Positions 23,851 through 35,958 of a stretch of 64,000 nucleotides of DNA are shown in pieces. The position numbers and the translations under genes were made by a program. Source of the DNA: Camelus ferus (Eukaryota); assembly GCF_009834535.1 (NCBI RefSeq), contig NC_045716.1:18972001-19036000 (forward strand), written 5' to 3'. Positions within the stretch are counted from its first letter, which is position 1; the number at the start of each line of letters is the position of its first letter. The notes under the pieces are model-generated. The model worked only from the letters and a program-made list of their open reading frames with translations, was not told the origin of the DNA and did not search any database.

Positions 23851-24859
23851 CGGGTCTCTCAGCAGAGAAGGAGCACCCCCCACCTCATGTCCTTTGAGGA
23901 CCAAATAGCTGAGTTTAAAATGAAGTGCGGAGAGTTGAGTAAAGTATCAGGGAGCAGTAAGGTTTTCCCCTGGAAGCCTTTGGGTAGAAGTTTCACATAG
24001 TCTGGAAAGAATCCAATGTGCTTATGCTGAAGGCAGGAATGGAGAGGGTGAATTTTCTAAGTTTTCTTGCCTAAGATTCTCTGAGTCCATGGAAATGGGA
24101 AACCAATCTGGCGCTGATTGGTTTGCCCTTGGGACCCTCCCATCTGGAGTACACGCATAATAACCTGAGAGTCTTAGAGCCTCAGATTCAGAACCTCCAG
24201 CCCCATTCTCAATTCTTTTGAGACTCGGTTGATTGGGAGAGAGGTTAAAGCAGCGAGGAAGTAAAGCAGGAATTGATACCTTGCTGGCTCACCTCAAGAT
24301 GGTAGCATTTATACATTTCCTCTATTGTTCTTTTCCCACCAGATCTCTTGATTTGAGTTGTCTTTGTTCAGCTGCAGGTCTCCAGGGTGAGGTGACAGCC
24401 CTGCAGGGCTCCAGCTAAGGTAGGAGACAGGCGTGACCACAAATGGTCTAGCTTGCAAGCGCTGGAGGTGCTTTGCAGGCAGAATGGTTGAAGCCTCGGC
24501 CCCTCGCTGCTTTCATCGGGTTCCAGCAGCATGAGTGTGTGAACCCTCCCTGACCTCTCACTTCGCCCCTGCAGAGTGAGACTTGTTGCACCTTCAGAGG
24601 TGGTAGTGAAAGTGGCTCTCAGAGCTGAACTGGCTGCACACCGCTACTTGGGGATGGTCACTCAAGGGAAGAAGGGCTGCTGCCCGGGTCAGGATTCTTC
24701 CTGGACCCAGGCTGACCTTGAATCAAGACTGGGATGGGCTAGGGGTGGATCAAAACCCATACTAGCTATTCCTCTAAGGGAGTGAGGGGCTAAAAGGAGG
24801 CAGGGAGGATAATAGGGTGGGGATTCTCATCCAAAAGGGCTTGATACCCAGGGGTCCTC

Positions 24860-25035
24860 ATTTTTTTTGTTGTTGTTTGGGGTTTTTTTGTTTTGTTTTG
24901 TTTTTAATCTATTTTCTACACAGTAGTTAACATTTGCAAATCTCCAACTCCCAATTTATCTCTCCCCCCTCCCCCGTACAACCATAAGTTTGTGTACCAT
25001 ATCTGTGAGTCTGTTTCTGTTTTGTAGATGAGTGC
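24860..25035 (-). mobile_element. L1 3'UTR fragment
   Basis: T-rich tail plus a motif shared with the L1 at about 11050-11110 (TGTGAGTCTGTTTCTGTTT). Confidence 0.6.
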
Positions 25036-25371
25036 ATTAGCCCTCATTACTCAGGGTCAGCTGTCAGGAGAGCATCTGTGGGGGACAATGGCTTCTAGGG
25101 GTGGGAAGATTCAGGGCCACTCCTAGGAGGTAAGAGGGGAGAGCAGGTTAGCTGGGGTTTGGGGGAAACTTTGGGCATGGAGACATGGTGTGCCCCAGAG
25201 CCCACTCACCCGAGCTTAAATCCTTGTTCTGGATAATAATCTGCTGAGATCTTGGTGAAGTTTCTAACCTCTCTGCACCCCAGAGTCCTTATCTCGAAAG
25301 AGGATAAACGATTGCACTTGCATTACTGGTTGTTAGGAAGGTTACAGGAGATAACGTGGGAAATGCTCAGC

Positions 25372-25566
25372 GCCGTCTAGTGGAACTTTCTGTGATGATG
25401 GAGATGTTCTCTGGGCTGTCCAGATCAGTAGTTACGAGCCACATGGAGCTACCTGCGGTTGGCTAGTGAGACCGAGGAACTGAAATTTTAATTGTTTTTA
25501 ATTTTACTGAATTTAAATTTAACTAGCTGCAGGTGGCTAGTGGCTACCATGGCAAATACTGCAGGC
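25372..25566. mobile_element. MER3-like hAT DNA transposon fossil
   Basis: GAACTTTCTGTGATGATGGAGATGTT motif, shared with the element at about 59.6 kb. Confidence 0.6.
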
Positions 25567-26048
25567 TTAGAACAATGCCTGGCAAGTGGGGCGTGCTTGC
25601 TAAAGATTAGCTCTGGTTATAAGGAAAAGAGTCAGGAAGCCTTGGGCCACCAGAACTTTCCTTTTAACCTTAGCTTTTACCGGTAAGGCACAGAGAGGTG
25701 AAGTAATTTGTGCAAAGGTACTCAGTCATAAAGCCTGCTGGGATTGGGGCCACGTCCCGAGCTGAGACTGGAGGCCAAAGGAAAGACTTGACATCATTTC
25801 TCTGGGTTAAGGTCTGGAAGAGAGAACAAACTGAGGAAATTTATCAAAAGCCTAGTATTTAGGACAGGTGCTGTAAAGACTAGGAGTCCAGAGAAGGTGG
25901 AGCCAGACTGGGACTGCATCTCTGGGCCTGGCCTGCAGGGGGCAGAAAACGCCAGGAGGTATCTAGTCCTCACTCTCTTCGCCTTTCCCTTCTACAGACC
26001 TGGAGGGAGCTTCCACGGGGCAATAGAAACGTTTGCATCAGGTCTGCA

Positions 26049-26062
26049 GCGACCCCTTGTGG
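26049..26062 (-). promoter_or_regulatory. CTCF-like motif
   Basis: CCACAAGGGGTCGC on the minus strand, 2 mismatches to CCACCAGGGGGCGC. Confidence 0.4.
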
Positions 26063-28949
26063 CTACATGGACAACTGCCCTCGAGGGGGGAGTCTGTTAA
26101 TACTGAAAAGCGCATCTGGATTCATCCATCAAGCTTTATGCTTTATTTTTTAGCTCTTGCTCAATGAGCAGTCCATCCCTGCCTCTGGGAGCTCAGGAGG
26201 AGACAGGCATATACTCAGCGTAGTCTTTGTGCTTCTTAAAGCATTTTTTTTCATGCCTCCATTATCCTATTTTATCACACCGAATTATATTTGTTTTACT
26301 GTCTCGCTCTAACTCCAGTCTGTGATTTCCCAGAGCCAAGGGCTAATTCATATTTGCAGTCTCCAGGCCTGGCACAGTAAGAGCTTTCAAGATACACCAA
26401 AGTATAATTTTTAGACATTCTGGAGTCAGAAAGAGCTGGGTTCTAATCCTGCTTCTGCTACTTACTAAGCAGCAGAGGGAGCACAGGGTGACTTAATCTC
26501 ACTAACCTCAGATTTTAAATCTGTAACATGGCAAAAAGGACATTGATTTCTAGGATCGTGGAGAAGATTAAACTTGTGCACACACAGTATCTTGTACACT
26601 CACCCTTATATCTTTGCAGGAGCCTTGTGGTACCAATGCTATATGAACCTTCTCTCCCTTGAGTTTGGTCACGTGGTCTCAACTGGATCTTTCCCATAGA
26701 TGCTTCTGAAGGATGCTCAAATCTCTTTCATCTTCAAACCAAACCATTCCAGCATCCCTTCTCTGGACTCCACACTCACCGCGAGCCCCATTCACAGTCC
26801 CTAGACTTCAAAGAGGTGTATGGCTGCCTTTCCCAGGCAGGGTTCTGAGCGCTGCGGTGTCTCAAATGGTTGAGGTGTTAGAAGATATTGATCATCTCAG
26901 TCCTCAGGGGACCTGGGTGGGGCCACACTGCTAGCAGGGGGCAGCCTTGTTCAATGACCCAATGTTCCAAGGAAACACAACTTCTCTATGTGCCACAAAG
27001 CGAAAGGGTCTGGGAGACGCCAGGTGTGTAGTCTCCTGTCTCCATCTGCTCCCCTCTCATTCATCCCTCACCTCGCCGCAGTCTGGCTTCAGTCCCCTTC
27101 ACGTCTCCAGCACATCCCGTGGACAGGTTTCGGCGCACATTCTGTTTGCCTGCTGCTGATTGCTCCCTCCTTCCCTAAACCCTGGACTGGACACCTCTCC
27201 TGGTTTTCCTCCGGGCTCTCTGGCCACTCCTTCCCACTCTCTGCAAGCCCTGCTCCCTCCTCCAGGGGCTTTGAAGAAGTTCCTCCGACTCCAGTCCCGA
27301 ACCCTTTTCTCTTTTCACTCACAGTCTCTCGCTAAACATTCTCATCTGTGGTTGTGGTTTGAACGATCGCTTCTAATGCAATGAACGACTCGCAGATGTG
27401 TCTTTGTAGCGTAGGCCATAACCTTGCATTTAAGACAGGAAACTGCTTACCAGAGGGCTCAGAGGTTTCTCAAGCCCAAGACTGAACGCAGCCTCTGCCT
27501 TCTACCCTGGTCCGCTTCCAGCGTTCCCTGTGTTTGTCCGCAGCACCACTCACCACCCAGCCATGCACGTCAGGAATCTGGGGTCATGACTCTGATTTGC
27601 CCCAAAGTGCAAATCAGCCCAGCGAGAATGTTCCCATACCCTGACCCTTTCGGATAACAGGGATCTTGTAGGTGTGCCTGCACATGTGCTTTGTATTTCC
27701 GATGTTTGCAGTTTCCCCACTGCCTGCCCTCACTGTCAGCCTGACCTAAATCCCAGTCATGTCTTAGATTTCAGTTTCTATAACCATTCCTCTGGAAGCT
27801 CCTTCCTGACCCCCGCCCCCCACCCAGGCTGGCTTCGCTGCACATACACCTGTCTCAGCGTTTAGCACATCCGCCTGGCATTGTGCCTTCCCCTGCCCAG
27901 GCCTGCAAGCTCTCTGAGGGCCCCCACACATTTGCCTTGTCCTCTGCGGAGCCTTCAGTGCCTGGCACTAGAGCGTCTGCTCAGCAAATACGTGTGGGAC
28001 TGACACTGAGATAGAGCGGAGGCCCCCCCTCTCACTGGTCCTGCTCAGAGACAGCCAGCGAGATGGCTGCTGAATTGTCACTCTGTCTGCCCTTTTCTAG
28101 GTCCTCTCACCCTCCATTCTCTTACTCGTAAATAAGTGGGTTTTATGGTGAGAGCCCCCCACCTAAACGTGCTTGGCTGACTCTGAGCTAGCCAGTATCC
28201 AAATAATTCAGTGTCTCTATTCCTTCCTTCCTGGCAGTGGGAGATGGTCAATTTCTTGCGTGGGGAGGCGGGAGGGGGCTTCCATCTACTCTCAGTCGTT
28301 CCTTTGAATCACAACACTACCCCTCTACTTCCTTACCTTTAATTGTATACTTACCTGTTACATTCCTCCATGCACGCATTTCCCTGGGTTGCACGTTTAA
28401 ATGTTTGCAGTTGTGCTTCAGCTTAGGGCAGCCTTGACTGAGAAGCCTGTGGTCACCAAAAGCCGCCTTAGAAATTAGGGAATGGCTCTGTAGAAGGGGC
28501 TGGTAACAGGTGGAGGCACATTCTTCCCTGGAGATTGAGGGAGAAAAGCATATATAATTAAAGCAATAAATTGGATTTTGGGGGGTTCTCTATTTACCAT
28601 TGTCAAACATAATCTATTTCATGCATTTATGCAGAACACATAAAATAGGTCAGATTTAATTTTCTTCAGTTTGCTTATTTTCCCCTCCAGTTCCCTGGCA
28701 GACACAGAACCTGACGGAAACAGGAAGGCTACAGACATGTGTATTTGGGGGGGGGGGGTGGTAAAGGATTTAGTGCACTGGGCCCTGGGAGTTGGATGCC
28801 TGTGAGCAAATAAAAACTAAAAATGGGGGATGCGGTATCTGGGAAAGTGTATGGTGTTTGGAGTCAGACATTCCTGAGTGAGGATCCTGGCTCTGCTGCG
28901 TTCACTGTGCAGCTTGGGTTCATTCTCCTCTCCTCCCTGCTTTCGTGCC

Positions 28950-30010
28950 CTCCACTGCCGCCACTGCCAATTTCTCTCTCCACTGGATTCTCTTCACCTG
29001 CAGGTGGACTCGCACAAATACCACCTCAACATCGCCCTCCGCCCTCCTCATCCCTTTCAGCTTCCACCCCACATCTCTCCTCCCTTTACCTGCCAAGCTT
29101 CTCAAAAGAGCCTCCCGCCCTCACCGGCCCACACCTCAGTCTCCGGTGATCTGGCTGCAGCCCCCACCACACCGCTGAACTGCCTTTGTCACAGTCACAG
29201 TGACTCCTGTGTGGCCAGCCCCGAAGACCGCTCCCCACCCTCTGATTAGCTGGCTCCTCAGCAGCGTTTCCAACAGTCAGAGCCACTTCCCTCTTGAAAC
29301 ACATTTCTTTCTGGGCATCCATCAGTCCCCTACTCCTGATCTTCCTCCCACCTCTCTGGCTCCTCCTGCTTAGTCTCTGCTTGATCCTCCTCTCTGGACA
29401 CTGAACGTAGGGCTCCTCAGAGTTCAGAGCTGGGCTGTCTCCCCTCCCCTCCCTTCCTCTCCCCTCCCCTCCCTCCCTCTTCTGATCTCTTCACTTTTTC
29501 CACTGCCTCCCTAGTCCCATGGCTTTAAATGGTGTAGGGCAACCCCAAATTTAGATTTCCTGACCTGACCTCACCCCCATTTGGGCAACTGATGGAAATG
29601 TAACATACCTAAAATAAAACCCTTCATGCCTCTCCTCCTTGTGGGGAAGAAACATACAAACTGCCCTCTCATGGTCCCCACCCTCCTCCCCAGGTTTTCT
29701 CATCCCAGGAAGAACCACCACGAGTTACTCAAAGAAAAATTTCAGAGTCATTCCTCAGTTCTGTTGGTTCTTCTCCAAAATATATCTCACATACACCGAT
29801 CCTCCCCACTTTACTGCCTCCGTTATCCTGGCACTCCCCATCTCTTTTGCCTGCATTACTGTGAAAGCCTCTTAGTTCCTTCCCCGCTCTGCTCTCGCCC
29901 TCCCATGCATTTCACACACAAAAACCAGTTGACCTCTCAGAACATAAATGGACCCAGGGTAAATTCTGCTCTGCTTGAGACTTGCAGTGTCTCTCTATTG
30001 CACTGAGAAT
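28950..30010 (-). mobile_element. L2 fragment
   Basis: C/T-rich degenerate L2 ORF2-3' sequence; boundaries approximate. Confidence 0.6.
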
Positions 30011-30033
30011 ACAACACACCCCTTTTATAACAC

Positions 30034-30047
30034 CCAGCAGGGGGCGC
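30034..30047 (+). promoter_or_regulatory. CTCF motif
   Basis: CCAGCAGGGGGCGC, exact match to the CTCF core. Confidence 0.65.
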
Positions 30048-30216
30048 CCTCTCCCCCTTCCTGGCCTCATTTGAAGCCACCTGCTTCTCTTACTAGATGA
30101 TCCTTCAGGTCGGCTAGAGACCACAGCTCCTCTCCTCAGGGCTTTCAACTGCTTTTGCCTCCGAGGCTCTGCCCCCCTCCACCACCTCCCGTCCCCCACC
30201 CCTGCCCTCTGTGAGG

Positions 30217-30242
30217 GGTGTGTGTGTGTGTGTGTGTGTGTG
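30217..30242. repeat. (GT)n microsatellite
   Basis: About 13 GT units. Confidence 0.9.
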
Positions 30243-30279
30243 GCTATTAAAGGCTCAGAAAAGTGTAACAGATAACATA

Positions 30280-30915
30280 GGAAACATCTGGGTATCCACC
30301 ACCCAGCTCTACTAGAACTCTACAATGTTGCCATATATGCTTCAGATTTTTGTCTTTCTTAAAGGAATAAAGCAGTTCTGAATTAGCTGGAGAGCCCCCC
30401 ACCCCCCCTTTCCCCAATTCTGTTCTCCTCTTCCTTCCCAGAAGGAACTCTTGGATTTGGTATTTGTCATTCCCATTTTTTAAAAAATACTTTCATTACA
30501 TGCATGTGTACCCATCAACAATACAGAGCATTGCTGGCATAGTTAAATTTTATGTAAATGGTCTTTTACTGTGGGAGGATTCTGCAGCTCGGCAGGCTGT
30601 GTGAGCTGGACTCATGCTGACACGTGGCTCTGGCTGTCATTCCCACCGTGGCACAGTATTTCATCGGATACAAAGTCTAACTTTATTTATTCTCCTAATG
30701 ATGGATAATGGTGCCATTTTCGATTTGGGGCCATTATCAACACCGCTGCAAAGAACATTTGCACACGTCTCCTTCGGCACACATTTGAGAATTTCTCTAA
30801 GGCAAGACTTTAAAATCGGAATTTCTGAGTAATAGCGTATGTGCTTCTTCCACTTGACTAGGTAGTGTCAGACTGCTTTTCAAAGCGGTTAAACCAATTT
30901 CCACTCCCACGGCAG
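30280..30915 (-). mobile_element. Old L1M fragment
   Basis: Degenerate antisense L1 3' ORF2/3'UTR motifs; a further piece at about 31240-31650. Confidence 0.6.
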
Positions 30916-31828
30916 CCTGGGCGTTTCCGGAGCTCTGTGCTCTCACCTACCGAGAGGCCCAGCTTGGTCTGGCCCCCGGGGGCGCCACGCAGCCAAGGCG
31001 CAGCCGGCGGACTCTGCCCTTCTCTCTGCTAGTTCGTGGTCCCCTGGCCTGGCAGGTAGTCGTTGCTGAGGACAGGATCCCTGAGGTGTCTTTAGGGTGC
31101 ACTCCAGCCCCCGGGTCTTAATCCTCCTCTCCTCCAAATATTTTCTGAAATTTGAAGGGAAGACAAAACCAAAACATCTCCATCTTGAACTAAAAGCAGA
31201 AAAGACCCAGGTTGCTAAAGCAACATCTGTACGCTTAACGTCCAGAATACACAATGCTAACAGTTTAACACATATATTTGCTTCAGATGTTTTCTTTCTA
31301 AGAAACAAAACATTCCAGTTACACTTGACATGCTCCTTCTTATTCTTTTACCTCCTTGTCTTCCAGGAGAGGGCGGAGATCCTGTCTGGTGGGTATCCAA
31401 ACCATTTATTTGTACAGCATATGTATGTATCCACAAACAATTTATAGACTTGTTTGTTTTTATTTACATAAATGGTATTCTGTACCTAATATTCTGCACG
31501 CTTCTTTCCTGTGCACACAACATTGGTTCCAAGATAAATCTATGCTGATGCTTGCATATCTAGTTCCGTGTTTATCCATCCTCCTAACAATATATTTTTA
31601 GATTGTTTGCAGTTTTTGGCTATTTAAACAATGCCGCATCCACACTTCATCAGAACAGAGACTTTGGGGTTTTGTGTATGCTTACTTTTGAGCCCCTAGA
31701 AATGTACCTGGCACATAGTAGGTGCTCAGTAAATTTATATTGAGTTCATGAATAAATGAACAGCCTGATGTATGTTTCTAGGTTGCTCACATGCAGAATT
31801 TGTTCAGAACATACATAAAAAATAAAGT

Positions 31829-31930
31829 GGGGGAGGGTATAGCTCAGTGGTAGAGTGCGTGCTTAGCATGCACAAGGTCCTGGGTTCAATCCCCAGTACC
31901 TCCATTAAAAAATAAAAAGTTAAAAAAAAA
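31829..31930 (+). mobile_element. tRNA-Ala-derived camelid SINE
   Basis: Near-intact tRNA-Ala(AGC) head followed by an A-rich tail. Confidence 0.9.
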
Positions 31931-34131
31931 GTGAAGTGGCTGGATTTTCAGGTGAGCTCGCCATTGTATTCCCTAAAGGTGTTGTGCTGACTTACATACC
32001 CCTCAGCAAATCTGAGAGTTTTTATTTTCTCTTAGATTGGTCACCTTTGGTGTATTGAGATCTGGTATATGTGTGTGTCCAACCTGATGTATATCAAATC
32101 CTGCCTTATTATGTTAATTTGCATTTCCCTAATGCCCTTCCGGTCCCCTGCTCCCCCATCAGTCTTCCTTTGTGGCTTCCAGGTTACCACATGAGCAGAA
32201 GTGGGTTGGGGTGGGTTGAGGTTCACTCTCAAGCTCTCAAGGGTGCAGCCTGACTGCTGCACCAGCCTGGAGTTCTCCCCGCATCTGCAGCCTCCTCCCC
32301 TTCCTGGGAGGTCTTGAGTATACGTTTCAGGCCAGATCCAGAACCTCGGGACTCAAGAGCAAAGTGTGGATACCCAGGGTCACCCTCCCTGCCCAGTCCC
32401 ACCTTGAGCTCTGCAGGCTCCTGTGAGAGGCAGGAGAGGGCTCCCTGGGTGCCCAGGCTGGTCTGTATTCTCTGGATCTCCGGCTGGAGAGTGCCGGCCA
32501 GGAGATCCCTGGGACCCAGAGCCCCTCTGGTGTTTGTAGCCACCTTGATGCCTAAGAGACCCTGCGTGTTCCCATGCTGGCAGCTGTCTTTGGGGTCCCC
32601 TCTTGGCACACACCATGCCCTCTACTTACAGGAGAATATGCCATCTGGTCTGTTTGGCTCCTCTGTGTTTGACAAATCGACCACTATTTGGAGAAAAGAA
32701 GACAATTTTGAAGGTAAGGGGATGGATGTAATGGGAGGGAGGGCTGGGTAGTCGGGGTGCAGCTGAAGGAGAAAGTTTGAACTCACAGGGTATATCTTGG
32801 CCTTGGGACCACAGGGAGAAATATTGGGCTGAATGCATCACCAGGGGTCACCACACCTGTGGGCCTTTGAATCAGGTCAACAGTCCAAGATGCAAAATGG
32901 GAGGCCAGTGAAGCCGCCAGAGCAGCAGGGTGTGCAGGAGCCGGTGCAGCTGCCATCTGAAAGCCACACATTTCTAGCATGTAGGGATGACACTCATGCG
33001 AGATCCTTTCCCATTTGAAAAGCATTAAAAAATCATAATCTGCGAGCCCAGAGGGTGAGCACTCTGGCTTAACAGCCCTTTTACTTTCCTTTGCAAAGCA
33101 TTAAAGTCATTAACTTCCAGCAAGCAGGGAAAGCATGTTCTTACTTAACTCTGATCGTTTGAAAAGTCGTGAAAATCGGCCGCAGAGAGACCCTGTCTCC
33201 TCATTGGCGGTGTTAAATCATTAAGCATTGTGCTGCTGCTAAGCAATGGGGCTGTTCTGTCCCTGTGTAACTGCAGAAAAGTGGAACCTAGTGACATGTC
33301 CTCTGCTCAGATGCCGGTGGTGACGCCACACTGTGGATCAGATACAATCCTAACTCTTTGGTGTGAGTTTCTGCTGCCTCTCACCACCTCAATCTAACCG
33401 TGTGTCTTCTGCTAGCCACTGGTTGAGGTTTCTGCTTCATCCATGCCAGTTGATTCCCTGCATCTTTCCCTCTCCCTCACTGCCACCCATTCATCTTGTC
33501 CACCTGTCTAAGTGTGGACTCTGTACTTGACATGTAACATTAGTGTTTTTCATATCATCCAACATTTTAGGCTGTCTGACCACACACCACCGCATTTCAC
33601 TGAAGCTCCAACTTTTTGAATTTCACCAGACACAGTCTTCTTATCTCTTCAGCCATCACTCCAGCATTGTTTAAGTATTTATGCTTTGCATCTTTTCTAA
33701 TTGTATCCATCTTTGCACACACACTTAGGGGTGTTCATGTGTCATGTATCCCACACTAGGTTATACATCCCCTAGATTTGTCCTTTTCTTCCCATTTCTG
33801 CATCCGTGCGCAGGTACCCAGGCAGGTGACAGCATGACAGCTAGTCAGTTGCCACGTGCTTACTGAGCACCCATGTGTCAGGCACTGTACTGGATGCTGC
33901 AAGTATGGGAACCACCCTTAGTCTCTAGCAGGAAAGAGAAATTAAACAACTAAATGAATCATAGATGAGCAGAGGGCTGCAAAGTAGGACAGATGCTTTG
34001 GAAATATGTGTGAGTGTATGTTGGGTGGTTGGACACCTTTCCTCAGAAATGATGTTAAACTGAGACCAATGGAAGGGTAGAAGTTGGGAGCTAGGCAGAG
34101 CAGGGGAACAAGTCATCTCAGGCAAAGGGAA

Positions 34132-34629
34132 TGAAACAGAGCAGGACCCGGTGGGGTCCTCCCTGGTACAAATCCTTTTTGCCCCCCATGTCTTGTTTGT
34201 AAGAAATAGGCTTCATTCAGCCTCCTTGACCTTCCTTGAGTTCCAAAGGACAGGTTCAAACAGTGCTAATCAGGGAAGGGAGGGGATACAGAGACCAGGG
34301 AGGAGCAGTCAAGAAACAATAGCACAGCCTTGGGGCAGGGCTCTGGTTCCTTCCTCAAGGAATATACATAACAACGTCTTTGAGCTCTTCTGCAGGAACT
34401 AGGGCCCCCACCCAGGTGCAGGATGGCAACTTCAGGCAGAGCTCAAGATCCCTATTACCTCACCACCAACCAGTCAGGAGAAAGTCACCTACCCTGCAGC
34501 CCCCACCCCAAATCTTGCCTATAAAAACTTTTCCTCCAAAACCTTCGGGGAGTTTGGGTTTCTGGAGCACGAGCTGCCTGTCCTCCTTGCGCAGCCCTGC
34601 AATAAACCTTGAACTTTTGTTTAGTAACA
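34132..34629 (+). mobile_element. Solo ERV1-type LTR inserted in an L2
   Basis: TG...CA ends, CTATAAAA, AATAAA, GGAA/AGAA flanks; flanks rejoin into an L2-like sequence. Confidence 0.7.
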
Positions 34630-34676
34630 AGAATAGCACGTGCCCAGACTGTCATGTAGAGAGAGCAGAAAGCATC

Positions 34677-35238
34677 TGGTAACAGGCAGGAAAGGGTTAA
34701 TTCAGCAGGTCTGAGTTGCCCAAACTTTATACGTTCCCAAAGGTCTTCAGGACTTCCCCTTGACCCACTCCTGCAAGATGACCTTTGAGCTCTTGTAATA
34801 TCCTGCCTGATAAGGGTGTCTGCATACCTGAGACCTTGGGCCAGGCCGGACAGCCTGCTAACAGAGTGGTGTGCTGATTGCCCGGTTTTACATCCTGAGG
34901 CTGCTTTGGACCATCCATATCAGTCTGACCTCTGTGGGGGCTGGACACCAAGAAGCTAAGTTCAGTCACGCAGGTGTTGCCTACCTGACTACCTGGCTGA
35001 CCCCCAACAAAAACCCTGCCTCGGGGGAACTTCCCTGGTTGGCAGTATTATGTGTCGTCGCACGTTACAGCAGGGAGAACGAAGCACAGCTTGTGCAACC
35101 CCACGTGCCTTCCTCCTTTGCTGATTGTAAACTGTATCCTTTCACAGCAATAAACCGTAATGGAGAGGATAACAGACTTTCTGTGAGTCCTTGTAACCAA
35201 TCATCAAACCTGAGGGTGGTCTTGGGGACCCTGACACA
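34677..35238 (+). mobile_element. MER21-like ERVL LTR
   Basis: Starts ...AACAGGCAGGAAAGGGTTAATTCAGCAGG, ends GTCTTGGGGACCCTGACACA, AATAAA; family assigned from memory. Confidence 0.65.
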
Positions 35239-35312
35239 GGGAGTGCAGAGAGAACAAGGGCTCTAGGGGAGGGGAGTGAATTAGGTGAGGACGGAGATGG
35301 AGAAAGGGAAAG

Positions 35313-35958
35313 TGTTGCCCGACGTAGCCAGTGCCCGGGTTCTTGTTCCGTCCCAAAAAGAATTCAGAGAGGAGACGTGGAGGTTAAGAAAGTAAAGTGG
35401 GGATTTATTAAGGGATGGACAGTACACTCTCAAGGGGAGAGCGGGCAGGCTCAGGTGAGCAGTTGCCCTGAGTTCCTTGGCAAGTTAGTTACGTAGACTG
35501 TAAAAATGAATGGGCAGAATATTCATTAGGGAGGGAAGGGTCTGGGGTTGTGTTCCCTGATTATCATCCCAACTCCACCTTCCCAAATGGAGGGGGGGAT
35601 TTTTGTCCTTATTTAGTCTGGATCGGAAGTGTCATGGTGTTGGTGTATGACAGGGACTTACTGATCTGCAAGGCTGATTTTATGGAAATGAGGGCATAAT
35701 GAGCAAAAGGTTATATTTGGATACTGGAAATTCCGACAAAGAAATCATATTTCTTTCTTGGTCTCCAGGCCACTTATCACCTCAAAAGGTGTGAACACTT
35801 ATCAGCCCAGAGGTTCCTGCTTTTCTTTCCCTGCCCAGGGACACCTGGTGTTACATGATACATGGTTTCCTGCATTTGGCCTGTGTCTCTCCTTTCTGTC
35901 CAGTTTGGTCTGCATCCCCCTTTCTCTTCTCACATCTAGTTGTCTGCCTGTTCTAACA
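35313..35958 (-). mobile_element. ERV LTR (antisense)
   Basis: TGTT...AACA termini, TTTATT near the left end; TSD not clear. Confidence 0.55.
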
